From an uncultured bacterium (lineage in GTDB: Bacteria > Methylomirabilota > Methylomirabilia > Methylomirabilales > CSP1-5): a DNA stretch of 64,000 nucleotides. Below are positions 7,775-16,955 of the stretch, piece after piece. The notes beneath the pieces were generated by a model, which saw only the letters and a program-made list of their open reading frames with translations, did no database searches and was not told the DNA's origin. The stretch is taken from the NCBI GenBank assembly GCA_964558395.1, contig CAZLDS010000013.1:390-64389 (forward strand). The letters run 5' to 3'. Each line of letters opens with the position of its first letter. Position 1 is the stretch's first letter. The position numbers were made by a program, and so were the translations under genes.

Positions 7775-8233
7775 TTATCTCCGCCAGCGTGTCAGGCGCC
7801 GGGCGGTCAGTTCTCCCCAGAGGAAGGTGAAAAGCGCGTGGCGGGCCGTCTTGCGAATCCGATCGTAGTGGCGACACGTCCCTTCCGCAAAGTGGGTACG
7901 CGTGCCGTTGGCGCGGCAGAGGAGGACCCGCCCGGAGACCGCATTGTGGCGGAGGCCCAGCGGCGCGACATTGAGGACCGTAACATCTACTGGGAGATGG
8001 AGCGCTCGGCTGAGGTCCTTCGCGAGAGTCATCTGGTATTGGTGAACGGCTCGCCGGGTCAGATGGCCATTATCCAGGTAGACCGCCACGTCGATATCCC
8101 GAAATCTCGATCCGTTGATGAAGGAACCGTGGAGATACGCGAAGAGGACCTCTTCGCGGAATGCCAGCAGGTCATGGAGGGCGGAGGTGACGTGCGCCTT
8201 TTCTCGAGAGGTCAGTCGATACCTGGCGTACAT
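7775..8233 (-). CDS. Minimal nucleotidyltransferase (MntA-like)
   Basis: FAYLHGSF...RDIDVAVYL and VDVTVLNVAPLGLR, the MNT signature. Confidence 0.8.
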   Translation of the reverse strand: MYARYRLTSREKAHVTSALHDLLAFREEVLFAYLHGSFINGSRFRDIDVAVYLDNGHLTRRAVHQYQMTLAKDLSRALHLPVDVTVLNVAPLGLRHNAVSGRVLLCRANGTRTHFAEGTCRHYDRIRKTARHALFTFLWGELTARRLTRWRR

Positions 8234-8339
8234 GGCCTATGGCCTCAACGTCTGTGACGGCTCGGTCCCCCTCGGGTCCTTGTCAAAGCGGCAGTACTCG
8301 ACACGGTTGGGAAAACCATACGATAAAAGGCACGAACAA

Positions 8340-8714
8340 TCAAGGGGAGGAATCCTCATAGATCGTCCACGCGTCTGCCCGCTTCGCCTGAACCTCCGCC
8401 CTCAGGACCTCCTGGCCCCCGATCTTCAGCCTGACAAAATACGGGGTCTTTGCCTCGTCGCGCCCCTGTGGTGGTAGATAGTGAACCTGGATCTGCTGGT
8501 CAGGAAATTCGGTTGCCACCATGCCGGCCCAGTCGAAATCGGGGCTGTACGTCCCGGCTTCATCGAGGCCCCCGACATTGGTTTCCAACGTCATGGTGCT
8601 GGGGGGAAGACCCTGCAGCTTCTCCCTCAGCCACTCGGCCAGAGAGGAACTGATCCCGCCCTGCAGGGCTGGCATTGTGATGGCGTATTCTCCCCAGAGT
8701 TTCATCGTGATCAC
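8340..8714 (-). CDS. Hypothetical protein
   Basis: 124-aa ORF with protein-like composition; start uncertain. Confidence 0.45.
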   Translation of the reverse strand: MITMKLWGEYAITMPALQGGISSSLAEWLREKLQGLPPSTMTLETNVGGLDEAGTYSPDFDWAGMVATEFPDQQIQVHYLPPQGRDEAKTPYFVRLKIGGQEVLRAEVQAKRADAWTIYEDSSP

Positions 8715-8796
8715 ACCTCAGATAATTCTAATATAAACATCATATGACAATAGAACAATAAACCGCAATGGAGCATTTCCCCTCCCTAAGATCACT

Positions 8797-9846
8797 CTAT
8801 TGTTCCACTGTTCCGGGCTCTTTCCCTGGGCTTTCCATTTGCTGGTCTCGCTCCATCGACATCCGCCGGCGGATGCGACGGAAGGTGAGCATGTCCCGTT
8901 TCAGATCCGGGTGTCCTATGCTCTTATCGAGTGAGATGACCTCTTCGAGCAGGCCGAGGGCCTTGCGATACTCTCCCTTTTCCTCGTAGATAATCGCGAG
9001 ATTATGCATGGGAACGGTCAGGCGAAGGCGGTCGTCCTGCTCCCGCAAGATCTGAATGGCGCGTTCGTACGTCTCTTGTGCGCCATCGAGGTCACCCATC
9101 TCCTTGCGGGCAAGCCCGAGGCTGTTCAGAATCGTGGCACTTCCTAAGGGATCCCCAAGCGCCTCACGCATCGCATAACTCTGCTCATAATATTCGGCCG
9201 TCTGCCGCCACTCTCCCTTGTGATGGTGCACGCGGCCCAAATTGCCGAGGGTGATGGAGAGCCCTCGGCGGTCCCCGAGCCCTTCCTGAATGGTCCGGCT
9301 CTGGCCATAGGCATTGAGGGCTTCATCCCATTTCTCCGTTTTGGCGTACAGAGTGCCGATATTATTCCACGTCAACGCGATGCCCCCTCGATCTCCTAGC
9401 TCCTCTTTGATTTTCATGCTCTCACGGTAGCACTCGAGGGCACGGTCCCAGTCCAGCTTTCCTTCGTAGACATTCCCCATCTTGCCAAGGGTGGCGGCAA
9501 CCGCGGACCGATCTGCAAGCTCCTCGTGAAGACGCCGGGCTCGGTCCAAAGACTCCAACGCCCGCTCCCACGCACCCTGTTGAGGTAAGAGGTGCCCCAT
9601 GAGGGCGGCGACAGATGCTTCCCCCGCTTTATCCCCTATTTCCTCGAAGACTGTCAGGCTTTCCTCAAAGAGGGAGAGGGCCTCTCGATACCTTCCCTGT
9701 GCCTGGTAAAAGGTCCCGATCTTCGTAAGGGCCCACCCTGTCCCCGACGCATCCCCCGCGGTCTTGCGATATTCCAGTTCTGCCATCAGCTCGGAGAGGC
9801 TGACGTGTCCCTCTGCCCCGACAGGCTGCCGATCTCCCTCGTGCAT
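8797..9846 (-). CDS. Tetratricopeptide-repeat protein
   Basis: About 7 tandem 40-aa TPR-like units (LxxIGxxYxxxGxWxxALxxYxxS). Confidence 0.88.
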   Translation of the reverse strand: MHEGDRQPVGAEGHVSLSELMAELEYRKTAGDASGTGWALTKIGTFYQAQGRYREALSLFEESLTVFEEIGDKAGEASVAALMGHLLPQQGAWERALESLDRARRLHEELADRSAVAATLGKMGNVYEGKLDWDRALECYRESMKIKEELGDRGGIALTWNNIGTLYAKTEKWDEALNAYGQSRTIQEGLGDRRGLSITLGNLGRVHHHKGEWRQTAEYYEQSYAMREALGDPLGSATILNSLGLARKEMGDLDGAQETYERAIQILREQDDRLRLTVPMHNLAIIYEEKGEYRKALGLLEEVISLDKSIGHPDLKRDMLTFRRIRRRMSMERDQQMESPGKEPGTVEQ

Positions 9847-9856
9847 GCGTCGTTCC

Positions 9857-10066
9857 TTATGCGGGTGAAGCCTGCGGCCTCTTAAAGATCATGAGGGCTC
9901 CCACTGTCCCATAGGCGACCCCGTCCCGATTGGGGGCGATCAGGGGAACCGCAGACACCATCTCCCAGCCTTCTTGACCCACGTTGTTCAGCCAGTCCAA
10001 TCCGCTCTCCAGTCCGTCAGGCGTTTCCTTAAACATCACCATGCGATCCTGATACTCCCAGTGCAT
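9857..10066 (-). CDS. DUF4177-like small protein
   Basis: WEY...LNNVGQEGWEMVSAVP...LMIFKRP; RBS ggagg. Confidence 0.75.
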   Translation of the reverse strand: MHWEYQDRMVMFKETPDGLESGLDWLNNVGQEGWEMVSAVPLIAPNRDGVAYGTVGALMIFKRPQASPA

Positions 10067-10108
10067 CGATGATCCTCCATTTGATGGCGTTGTGTACGTA
10101 AAGCGTTC

Positions 10109-11470
10109 TTAGCCTGCTGCCTCAGGGTCGAGGAGGGTATCAGGCAGGCTAAACTCTGTCGCGATGCCCTTCCGCACGTCCAGCAGAAGGGTCTGTCGAT
10201 CCTCCGGACGGGCCCTCTCGACCTCGAGCATGCGCACGGTGACTTCCCGGTTGAATTCCCCCAGGCTCTCCGGGTTCGATTGCTTTTGGTATGCCCCGAT
10301 GATTGTGTCTTGCAGGGCGTGGTAGAGTGGCTCATTCACAAAGGACATTTGAGTGGTCGGATCATGGAGCATCTGATATTGATGGCTCATGAAGATCCGG
10401 CTAATATGACGAGCCATCTGGGGAGCATCCATATGTGCGTTATCTTCCAGGAGCAGGCGGAGTCGTTCCTGATCGGGCATAAGCGCCCAGACCTCTGATG
10501 AGATACTTGGGCGCGTGACCAGGCTTCCTGACCGATACCGATTCGTAAAGCTCAGGATGGTCCGCCCTCCGAGCTTTTGGGCTAAGCGCTGCACAAGCTC
10601 TTTGAGTTCTGCCTCAGGGACCTCGGAAAAGGAGGGATACCGATCCTTGAGGGGCGAGAGTGCGGGGCGCATCTCCTCGACCCTCATAAGCTCGGTCAGG
10701 GCCTTGACAGAGACCTGGAGTTCCTGGCGCGACATCCCCTCGGTATCCGCGGACGGCGTTTCTTCCGCCATCTCTTTTCCGGCAAGATTAATCCGCCTCA
10801 TGGCACCGTCAAAGAGACTTTCCAGCGGTGTGTCGAGGGAAATCGCGTGAGCGATCTCCTCCCGGACGGCCCGCAGGGTCTCTTCCGCACTCCGGGGTGA
10901 GGCCTGATCTAGTTCCTGGGTTTTGGGCAAGATCCTCCCGGTCAGAACCTCAATCTGTTCGGGAGGGAGCGCGGCGAGGGACTCCTGAATCTCAAAATAG
11001 CTGGGGAACTCGATGGCTGCCATCGGAAGGCTGGGTTCATTATAAAGATCCAGGGTGCGGCAGAACAGGAACCGCGCCAGCTCGCGGCGAAGTTGCGGTA
11101 CCGTCAGACCCGCATCCTCTGAAGCGAGCAAATGCCACTTTTCCGCGCAGGACATACTTTGCAGCTCCTCTTCTGTGAGGGAATTCAGGCCCGAGCCCTC
11201 GACCTGGGCCTTGCGCTCCAGGTCCGCCAGGGCCAGCTGGGTGTACTGGGGAACAAAGGCGGCGACGAAGGCCTGCATCCCCTCGAGGGGAAGGTGTTCG
11301 CTATAGCCTTGTAAGCAGGCGGTCCGGCTGGTCTCATCCAAACAGTCGGCAAGCACGCGGACAATCCAGCGGAGTTGGTCGTCAGGCATCGCCCCAACTT
11401 TGGAGAGGACTTCCTGCTCCCGGGTGAGAATGAATCGCCGGATCTGTTTGATCCGGGGCCCCTTATCCAT
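10109..11470 (-). CDS. Hypothetical all-helical protein with two-fold internal repeat
   Basis: 453 aa; N- and C-halves align by eye; overlaps the stop of the upstream gene. Confidence 0.75.
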   Translation of the reverse strand: MDKGPRIKQIRRFILTREQEVLSKVGAMPDDQLRWIVRVLADCLDETSRTACLQGYSEHLPLEGMQAFVAAFVPQYTQLALADLERKAQVEGSGLNSLTEEELQSMSCAEKWHLLASEDAGLTVPQLRRELARFLFCRTLDLYNEPSLPMAAIEFPSYFEIQESLAALPPEQIEVLTGRILPKTQELDQASPRSAEETLRAVREEIAHAISLDTPLESLFDGAMRRINLAGKEMAEETPSADTEGMSRQELQVSVKALTELMRVEEMRPALSPLKDRYPSFSEVPEAELKELVQRLAQKLGGRTILSFTNRYRSGSLVTRPSISSEVWALMPDQERLRLLLEDNAHMDAPQMARHISRIFMSHQYQMLHDPTTQMSFVNEPLYHALQDTIIGAYQKQSNPESLGEFNREVTVRMLEVERARPEDRQTLLLDVRKGIATEFSLPDTLLDPEAAG

Positions 11471-11828
11471 CCCGCATCTCCTGGCTCTCCAGGGCCTTCA
11501 GTAGCTCTTCGATAATCGCGTCTCGTTGATCTGCTTGGATATGCCAAAAGCCGTTCACCGGGATCTCGTCCTCGCTGTCCATCAGTTCCCCAATGTTAAC
11601 GATATGGGGACCCACCGCCGTCTGCCCCAAGAAATGTGAAAAGTAATCGACGAGGGCAAAAGACTCTCCACGCAGCGAGTGAACATCTACGGTCCCATGG
11701 TTAGGTCCGATCAAGAGAAAGAATTCCAGTTCCTCTTGGCTTCCGTCGCGGCGCGCACGCCCCTCCAGCTGGAAGCCCCCGCGTCCCGTCTCTTTCTTCA
11801 AGAGCCGAAATCGCCAACCCATGGTCAT
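11463..11828 (-). CDS. Hypothetical protein
   Basis: Start trimmed to ATG 11828 because the upstream extension is a heptamer repeat; 8-bp overlap with the 453-aa gene. Confidence 0.65.
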   Translation of the reverse strand: MTMGWRFRLLKKETGRGGFQLEGRARRDGSQEELEFFLLIGPNHGTVDVHSLRGESFALVDYFSHFLGQTAVGPHIVNIGELMDSEDEIPVNGFWHIQADQRDAIIEELLKALESQEMRDG

Positions 11829-11835
11829 TCTGACT

Positions 11836-11862
11836 GACGACCGACGACCGACGACCGACGAC
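11836..11862. repeat. Heptamer tandem repeat
   Basis: GACGACC x3.9; inverted partial copy near 11955. Confidence 0.8.
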
Positions 11863-11974
11863 AACAAAAACCATCGCCAGTATGCAGACAGTCGGAAAAT
11901 CCAATTTGATACGAAACGGAATTACTCATGCGTCTTCTTTCGGTCATGGGTTAACGGTCGTCGGTCAACGTTAG

Positions 11975-12307
11975 TCAAATGCTCCAGGGGCACCACGCCC
12001 CCCAACCAAAAGCTTGGTACTCATCCTCTCCCATCCACTCCGCCAAGTGGGTGCGATGCTCTGCCAAGGATTGGAACTCCTGATTAAACTCGAGCGTCAC
12101 GATGTGCCGGTCCTCGAGGCAACAGTACCGGATCGCATATCTGTTTTCAGACAAGGGGCAGGCATCAATCGGCCGAATGTCCTCGAACATGTGGCCAAGG
12201 TTTTCCAGGATCTGGTACAGGTCATAGGACCTTCCATTAATGGTCAATTCGACGCTCCCGGTCCCGAGTTCACCGAATCGCTTCTCCACGGTTTCCCTGT
12301 CGATCAT
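11975..12307 (-). CDS. Hypothetical protein
   Basis: 110 aa, RBS gaggagtagcgggg, protein-like composition. Confidence 0.7.
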   Translation of the reverse strand: MIDRETVEKRFGELGTGSVELTINGRSYDLYQILENLGHMFEDIRPIDACPLSENRYAIRYCCLEDRHIVTLEFNQEFQSLAEHRTHLAEWMGEDEYQAFGWGAWCPWSI

Positions 12308-12339
12308 CCCCGCTACTCCTCTCTACGCACCGTTAGCTG

Positions 12340-12443
12340 TCCGGCGTCAGCGACTAGGTTAGAGACGGGACACCTCAGTCTTGAACCTAGGGTCTCCGGT
12401 CTCTTGTGTCTCGCTGCTGATTGCTGATGGCTGATAACTGAGC
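12340..12443. repeat. Heptamer tandem repeats
   Basis: GCTGAT(T/G/A) x3 at 12416-12436 plus GGTCTCC-type units. Confidence 0.75.
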
Positions 12444-12457
12444 GCCATTTTGGTCAT

Positions 12458-12655
12458 CTATGGGGTCTCCTTGAGCCGATCCATCAGGTCGGCAAGATCC
12501 GAGGCGCTCCGCAATGGCTTCGAATCGGTGTCCCGCAAGTCGATTAGGCGATCCATGACCTGCCGCGCGGTGCGACCCGCCGGTTTCCAGTTGATCTGAA
12601 GAGGAAAGAGAGTTCGGCCTGTGAGGCCTCCGCCCACCCGGGCGATTCCGAGCAC
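12458..12655 (-). pseudogene. Short paralogous copy of the C-terminus of the upstream E2-like protein
   Basis: LFPLQINW...VMDRL...ASDLADLMDR matches LFPLAVPW...VMDRL...ASDLANLMYR of 12858-13664; in-frame stop shortly upstream. Confidence 0.55.
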
Positions 12656-12857
12656 CTCTCCGTCGCCCGATGGAGAAAGAGGGGCCGGGGACGCCTTGGT
12701 TTGCGTCGATCTCGCCGCTCAAGTTTTCTCACCATTTAGACCGGGGAATCGGCCCTGAAAGAAACACCATTTGAATTCTATTGGGGGGGAGGGAGGATGT
12801 CAACAGCAAAGGGGCATCTGAAGTGGTGACTTGGACAGGCCTTACCTCGTATGTGAT

Positions 12858-13664
12858 TCACTTCAACTCGGGAATGCGGTACATGAGATTGGCCAGATCC
12901 GAGGCATCGCCGATGGCTCGCTGATGCTGGGGACCGGATTCGACCAGGCGATCCATGACGTCGGCGACGGTCAATTCCAGTTTCTCCCAGGGCACCGCGA
13001 GGGGGAAGAGGGGTTCGGCCTCTGAGGCTTCTTCCCAGGCCTCCAGGGTGTGGATACGGGGATCGAGCCCCCGGGCCCGTTCGAAACAGTTGCCCGCAAT
13101 GTCGGTGTTGAAGCCGGTGCCCCAAAAAAAGTCGAGCAGCATCGTTACCTGCTGGACGAGGGGCCGCTCCCAGAGATCCTCCGGCCTCCCCCTAAGACAG
13201 GCCCGACAGGCGGAGGGCTTTTCGGGATCGGCCTGCACGTTCCAGAGATTCGGCATGAGCAGAACGTCATTCGGGCTTTGCACCGGGGCTATCCGATAGT
13301 AGACGCGCATATCCTCGAGGCTGGCCTGAAAGAACAGAAAGAAATAGACGATGTAGGGAAAGGCGAGACGGTACGTCTGGTACTCTCCCCCCTTCCCCAT
13401 CTGGTCGGCGCTCCAGCGGATCAGACGCACCTGGGGAGGTTGCTCGACGCAACAGACAGTGGCGGTCCCGTCCACCTTGATGATTCGGGCTCCCGGGGGT
13501 AAGAGGAGATGATTTCCGCGACCCGGGCGACGGGTGGCTATCGTGATTTCTCGAAGGAAGTCTTGGAGAGAAACCTGTCGCTCGAGGACCGGAGGGTCTC
13601 CGCCCCGATACAAAAAGACATTCTGCCCTTCTATTTTAATCCGCTCCACCGCTCCCGCTCCCAT
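12858..13664 (-). CDS. Prokaryotic E2-like protein (Prok-E2 family D / PRTRC protein B-like)
   Basis: YRLAFPYIVYFF...VLLMPNLWNV...CRACL...FFWGTGFN resembles the recalled family pattern. Confidence 0.55.
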   Translation of the reverse strand: MGAGAVERIKIEGQNVFLYRGGDPPVLERQVSLQDFLREITIATRRPGRGNHLLLPPGARIIKVDGTATVCCVEQPPQVRLIRWSADQMGKGGEYQTYRLAFPYIVYFFLFFQASLEDMRVYYRIAPVQSPNDVLLMPNLWNVQADPEKPSACRACLRGRPEDLWERPLVQQVTMLLDFFWGTGFNTDIAGNCFERARGLDPRIHTLEAWEEASEAEPLFPLAVPWEKLELTVADVMDRLVESGPQHQRAIGDASDLANLMYRIPELK

Positions 13665-13724
13665 CCACAGCCTCGTCTAGCTTAGGGGTCTCCCATCCAC
13701 CTGTCAAGGCAGCACAACAGCAGA

Positions 13725-13832
13725 CCAAAGACGGGAGACAGGGGACCGGAGACCGAAGGTTTCAGGTCTCAGGACTGAGGACTGAGGTTTCAGGCTTCGA
13801 ATGACCTCAGCACTCAGCCCTCAACGCTCAGG
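13725..13832. repeat. Inverted pair of heptamer arrays
   Basis: ctcaggactgaggactgagg facing cctcagcactcagccctcaacgctcagg; GGAGACC units. Confidence 0.8.
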
Positions 13833-14559
13833 TCTTCTCCCTCAACCATGTCACTGCCCGTTGGAAGACTTCAGGGTTGAATTTGAGGTCTATATGGTTG
13901 AACCAGCGGTGGAGGTACGGAAGAATCGTCGGGGGAAGGGGGATGTCGGGGTGCTGGAACGTCGTCACCGGAGCCAGGGTGCCCTGGGGGAGATCTCCTG
14001 CCATGCGGCGAATCCCTTCGATCAGGGTGAGGATATCTTGCTCCCCGTGCAGGAGCAGGACCGGCCGGTCGGGTTGCGTGACTTCCTCCATCTGGCGAAG
14101 CAATTGGAGAATATAGTCCGGCTGAGGGCTCCGTACCGTCGTTGTGCCGAAGGCCAAGAGCATCTGGCGTCCCTCCTCGGAGGGACGACTCACGACAGAG
14201 GGGGAGATGGCGACGACGAGGTCGGCGGACGAGATGAGGGCCAATCGCCCACCCAGGCTATGACCCAGCGCGGCGACTTTCCCGTAGCGACGGAGCCAGG
14301 CGAGGGCAGCCTCCAGATCGTGCCGCAATCCCTCGTCGAGGGGGACGGGGTGCTCCCCGTGCCCACGAATGTCGATGGTCATGCTCGCCCATCCCTCTTC
14401 GCAAAGTCGTGCCGCGATCCCCAGCATCTGCTCTTTGTTTCCGCCATAGCCATGCACAAGCGCCACGCCGCCGCGGGGGGTTTGGGGGAGAAAGAGGTAC
14501 GCGGGGACGGCATGGTTGTCCGCCGTTCGGAGATCCGTGACTCGGAGGAATTGCATCAT
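13828..14559 (-). CDS. Alpha/beta hydrolase
   Basis: LVHGYGG, DIRGHG, nucleophile elbow GHSLGG, LLLHGEQD. Confidence 0.88.
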   Translation of the reverse strand: MMQFLRVTDLRTADNHAVPAYLFLPQTPRGGVALVHGYGGNKEQMLGIAARLCEEGWASMTIDIRGHGEHPVPLDEGLRHDLEAALAWLRRYGKVAALGHSLGGRLALISSADLVVAISPSVVSRPSEEGRQMLLAFGTTTVRSPQPDYILQLLRQMEEVTQPDRPVLLLHGEQDILTLIEGIRRMAGDLPQGTLAPVTTFQHPDIPLPPTILPYLHRWFNHIDLKFNPEVFQRAVTWLREKT

Positions 14560-14621
14560 CCCCTCCTTCGTAGTGAAAAGTTCAGGGTTGAAGATTCAGG
14601 CCGAGGCGATTTCGGATTTCG

Positions 14622-14705
14622 AAGTGCGAATTTCGAATTTTTTTTGGGCGTTGGACGTCGGACCTCGGACGTCGACGAGCTCAGTCGAGCCGTCATCCGT
14701 CATCG
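14622..14705. repeat. Heptamer tandem repeats
   Basis: TTCGAAT-type then TCGGAC-type units, same order as at 5404-5491. Confidence 0.75.
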
Positions 14706-15322
14706 GAAGAGGGCTCCGGAGGGCAGAGCTCCGGCGGAAACGGAGACAGAAATTCGACCTCGACGGGGATCTCGTGGAACTGGAGATCGCGGGTGATCAC
14801 CTGGAGCTTCTCGACGATCTCGGCGATGATAGTGCTCCGCATCGTAGCCTCGTCTGCTTCGCCATCCGGGCTGGCAAGGACCGTCAAGGCGAGATCGCCG
14901 AGCACCTGGGGGGTAGGGTGCCGGATGTCCAGGCGGCAGCCAAAATCGCCCGCTTTGTTCCCCACCAGAGACAGCATAAAATCTCCGGGGAAGCTCTCGA
15001 TGGTTCGCTCGTCTGTGGTACTCCACTCGACGTCCAGATCGGCGTGGCTATGCCACCAGAGACAGAGGGATGCGGGGTTCCGCCCCTCGGCAACGCAGCA
15101 TTGGAGGATGTCGAAAACGGCTGCCGAATCCAACTCCGTCTCTGCCGGAGAAACTTTCTGGGGAAGGATGAAGAGGTCCGTGATCACTAAGTTCGGGCCG
15201 TCACGCTGCACCTCGCCAAGTCCGCCGATCTCCATGGCGCACAGTTCGATGTACAAGCGCAACTTTTGGAAGGCCCGCGAGGTAATCAGCACCTGTGGGG
15301 GGGTGTTGTTGGTCCAGTTCAC
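14693..15322 (-). CDS. JAB/JAMM (MPN+) metalloprotease
   Basis: EIGG...WWHSH-x7-S-x2-D, an intact JAMM motif; GTG start overlaps upstream TGA (GTGA) with RBS ggaggag. Confidence 0.85.
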   Translation of the reverse strand: MNWTNNTPPQVLITSRAFQKLRLYIELCAMEIGGLGEVQRDGPNLVITDLFILPQKVSPAETELDSAAVFDILQCCVAEGRNPASLCLWWHSHADLDVEWSTTDERTIESFPGDFMLSLVGNKAGDFGCRLDIRHPTPQVLGDLALTVLASPDGEADEATMRSTIIAEIVEKLQVITRDLQFHEIPVEVEFLSPFPPELCPPEPSSDDG

Positions 15323-16458
15323 GCCGGCAGCTCCTCCCAGTGGTGGATCGGGGTGTACCACTCTTTCGGGTTCACGGTCTTCAGGTACTCGAGCAGCAAT
15401 TCAGCGGTGGCGACCCACTGAAATTCACTGATCAGTTTCAAGACACTCTGGCCGATATTCCCGAGGCACGGCTTCGCATTCCAGACGTGTGGGTGATCGT
15501 AGTAGCCGTACGCCCGGGTCAGATTCTTGATGGCCACATCGCCATTAAAACGGATGTCAACGCGGAAGCGTCCCAAGCGGTATCGCTTGCCAGCAACCAC
15601 GGTGTCGACGGTGTCCGTGAACACGCACAGGCGATCTTCCAGGATCTCGACATCGCGCACGTCCGGAATGCCGAGCAATCCCTCAAATTCCCGTACGAGC
15701 GCCTCCTCCGAGTGTTCGGCGTTCGTGAGCGTGCGGAAGCGCTTCTGGCAATTGCGGAGGAGACGTGTTTGGAGCGCCATCTGCCGGGAGAGTTCTTTGA
15801 GATTCTCTTCCACGCCCGCCATCTGCTTCTGGAGGACAGCCCCTGGCTCGCATGTCCCGGCCTCTCCACATTGCGTGTCGTTCGTCGTCTCGCCCTCCCC
15901 CGGCGCGGCCAATTGATCGAGGGTGACGAGGGTCGTTTTATGACTCAGGCGGTGAAGGGTGACCTCAACCTGATGTGGAAGGCGCCCGGTCGCCAGAGAA
16001 AGCCACTCGGTCATCCCCCCGAGGCAGAGGTCAAGGGTCCGACGCAGGATGATCGACGCCAACGCCTCGGGTTGCCCGAGCAGATCGAAGAGGACATAGA
16101 CATTTTCCCCCAGTATCCCGCCAATGGTATGTCCCTTCTGGTCCTGCTTCAGGACGCCTCGGACAAAGAGATTCCCGGGAGCCAAGGCTTTTTTTGTATC
16201 TGCGGCCAGTGGCCAGGAAAAGACCGCCGGAATCTCCATCGTGGAAGTGACCGGCCAGAGGTTCAACCAGCGAGGACGGAGCGGCAGCGCAAAGAGGTGC
16301 AGATGGAGACCATCGCCCCCCCGGGGGGGCGAGAAGCGGCTCGTCGGAGCGTGGACGTGCAGACGGATGCCCAGGGCCTTGGCGTACTCCTCCACGACTA
16401 GCCGGAGCGGTCCCGATACCTGGACCTGTTCCGTTCCGCTTGGTTGCACATCGGCCAT
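15319..16458 (-). CDS. Coiled-coil protein with C-terminal E2 (UBC)-like domain
   Basis: Central heptad segment LQKQMAGVEENLKELSRQMAL; C-terminal GRFRVDI...HPHVWNAKPCLGN; start ATG 16458 after gagagga. Confidence 0.7.
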   Translation of the reverse strand: MADVQPSGTEQVQVSGPLRLVVEEYAKALGIRLHVHAPTSRFSPPRGGDGLHLHLFALPLRPRWLNLWPVTSTMEIPAVFSWPLAADTKKALAPGNLFVRGVLKQDQKGHTIGGILGENVYVLFDLLGQPEALASIILRRTLDLCLGGMTEWLSLATGRLPHQVEVTLHRLSHKTTLVTLDQLAAPGEGETTNDTQCGEAGTCEPGAVLQKQMAGVEENLKELSRQMALQTRLLRNCQKRFRTLTNAEHSEEALVREFEGLLGIPDVRDVEILEDRLCVFTDTVDTVVAGKRYRLGRFRVDIRFNGDVAIKNLTRAYGYYDHPHVWNAKPCLGNIGQSVLKLISEFQWVATAELLLEYLKTVNPKEWYTPIHHWEELPA

Positions 16459-16517
16459 CGGGTGTTCCTCTCTCGTTGGCCTCGCTTCGCCCTTCAGCTG
16501 TCTTCTCGCGAACGTCC

Positions 16518-16955
16518 TCAATCGGTGCTTGCCGCTGCGTTCAGCGGCCGGACGTGTCGGGGCCAGCGCTGTATCTGGACCCGGCGGCCATCCAGAAGAC
16601 GCAGCAGTCGGCGGCCACCGGGGCTAATCCACCGCACCCGGCTCAGGTCCAGGACGAGATATGTCTCGGGATCAACGAGGTATTGCTGGCAGATCTGCGC
16701 GAGTCGGCGCGTCCAGGGAAAGACAATCCAGCCCTCGATTCGTAGCCATACCCGTCCGGGTTCCGTCGCCCACACGCGGATCACCAAAACCTGATCCAGC
16801 GAGGCGCTCGCCGCCTCGGCCGTCCGGTGAGGCTCAGCCTCCCAGATGATCAGCCGGAAGTCGTCATCCGAGCAGCGGTCGAGCCACGCCGTCCCACGGG
16901 TCATGCCGTAGGCGTACAGAATGAGAAGCGCAATGCCTACCAGTGCGATCCACAT
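16518..16955 (-). CDS. Membrane-anchored STAS-like (anti-sigma antagonist) protein
   Basis: N-terminal TM helix; LVLDLSRVRWISPGGRRLL resembles STAS; start trimmed to ATG 16955. Confidence 0.55.
   Translation of the reverse strand: MWIALVGIALLILYAYGMTRGTAWLDRCSDDDFRLIIWEAEPHRTAEAASASLDQVLVIRVWATEPGRVWLRIEGWIVFPWTRRLAQICQQYLVDPETYLVLDLSRVRWISPGGRRLLRLLDGRRVQIQRWPRHVRPLNAAASTD

Noticed and set aside
11829-11867. Upstream start extensions of several ORFs (11867, 4270, 6450, 23142, 33825, 36123, 46340)
   Set aside because: The extensions run through heptamer repeats or neighbouring genes; RBS-supported downstream starts were used instead
13801-14796. Long antisense/alternate-frame ORFs (e.g. 13801-14796 +, 15295-16401 +, 23447-24607 -, 32102-33277 -, 54276-55493 -)
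   Set aside because: They are shadows of well-supported genes in GC-rich DNA, with no motifs or RBS
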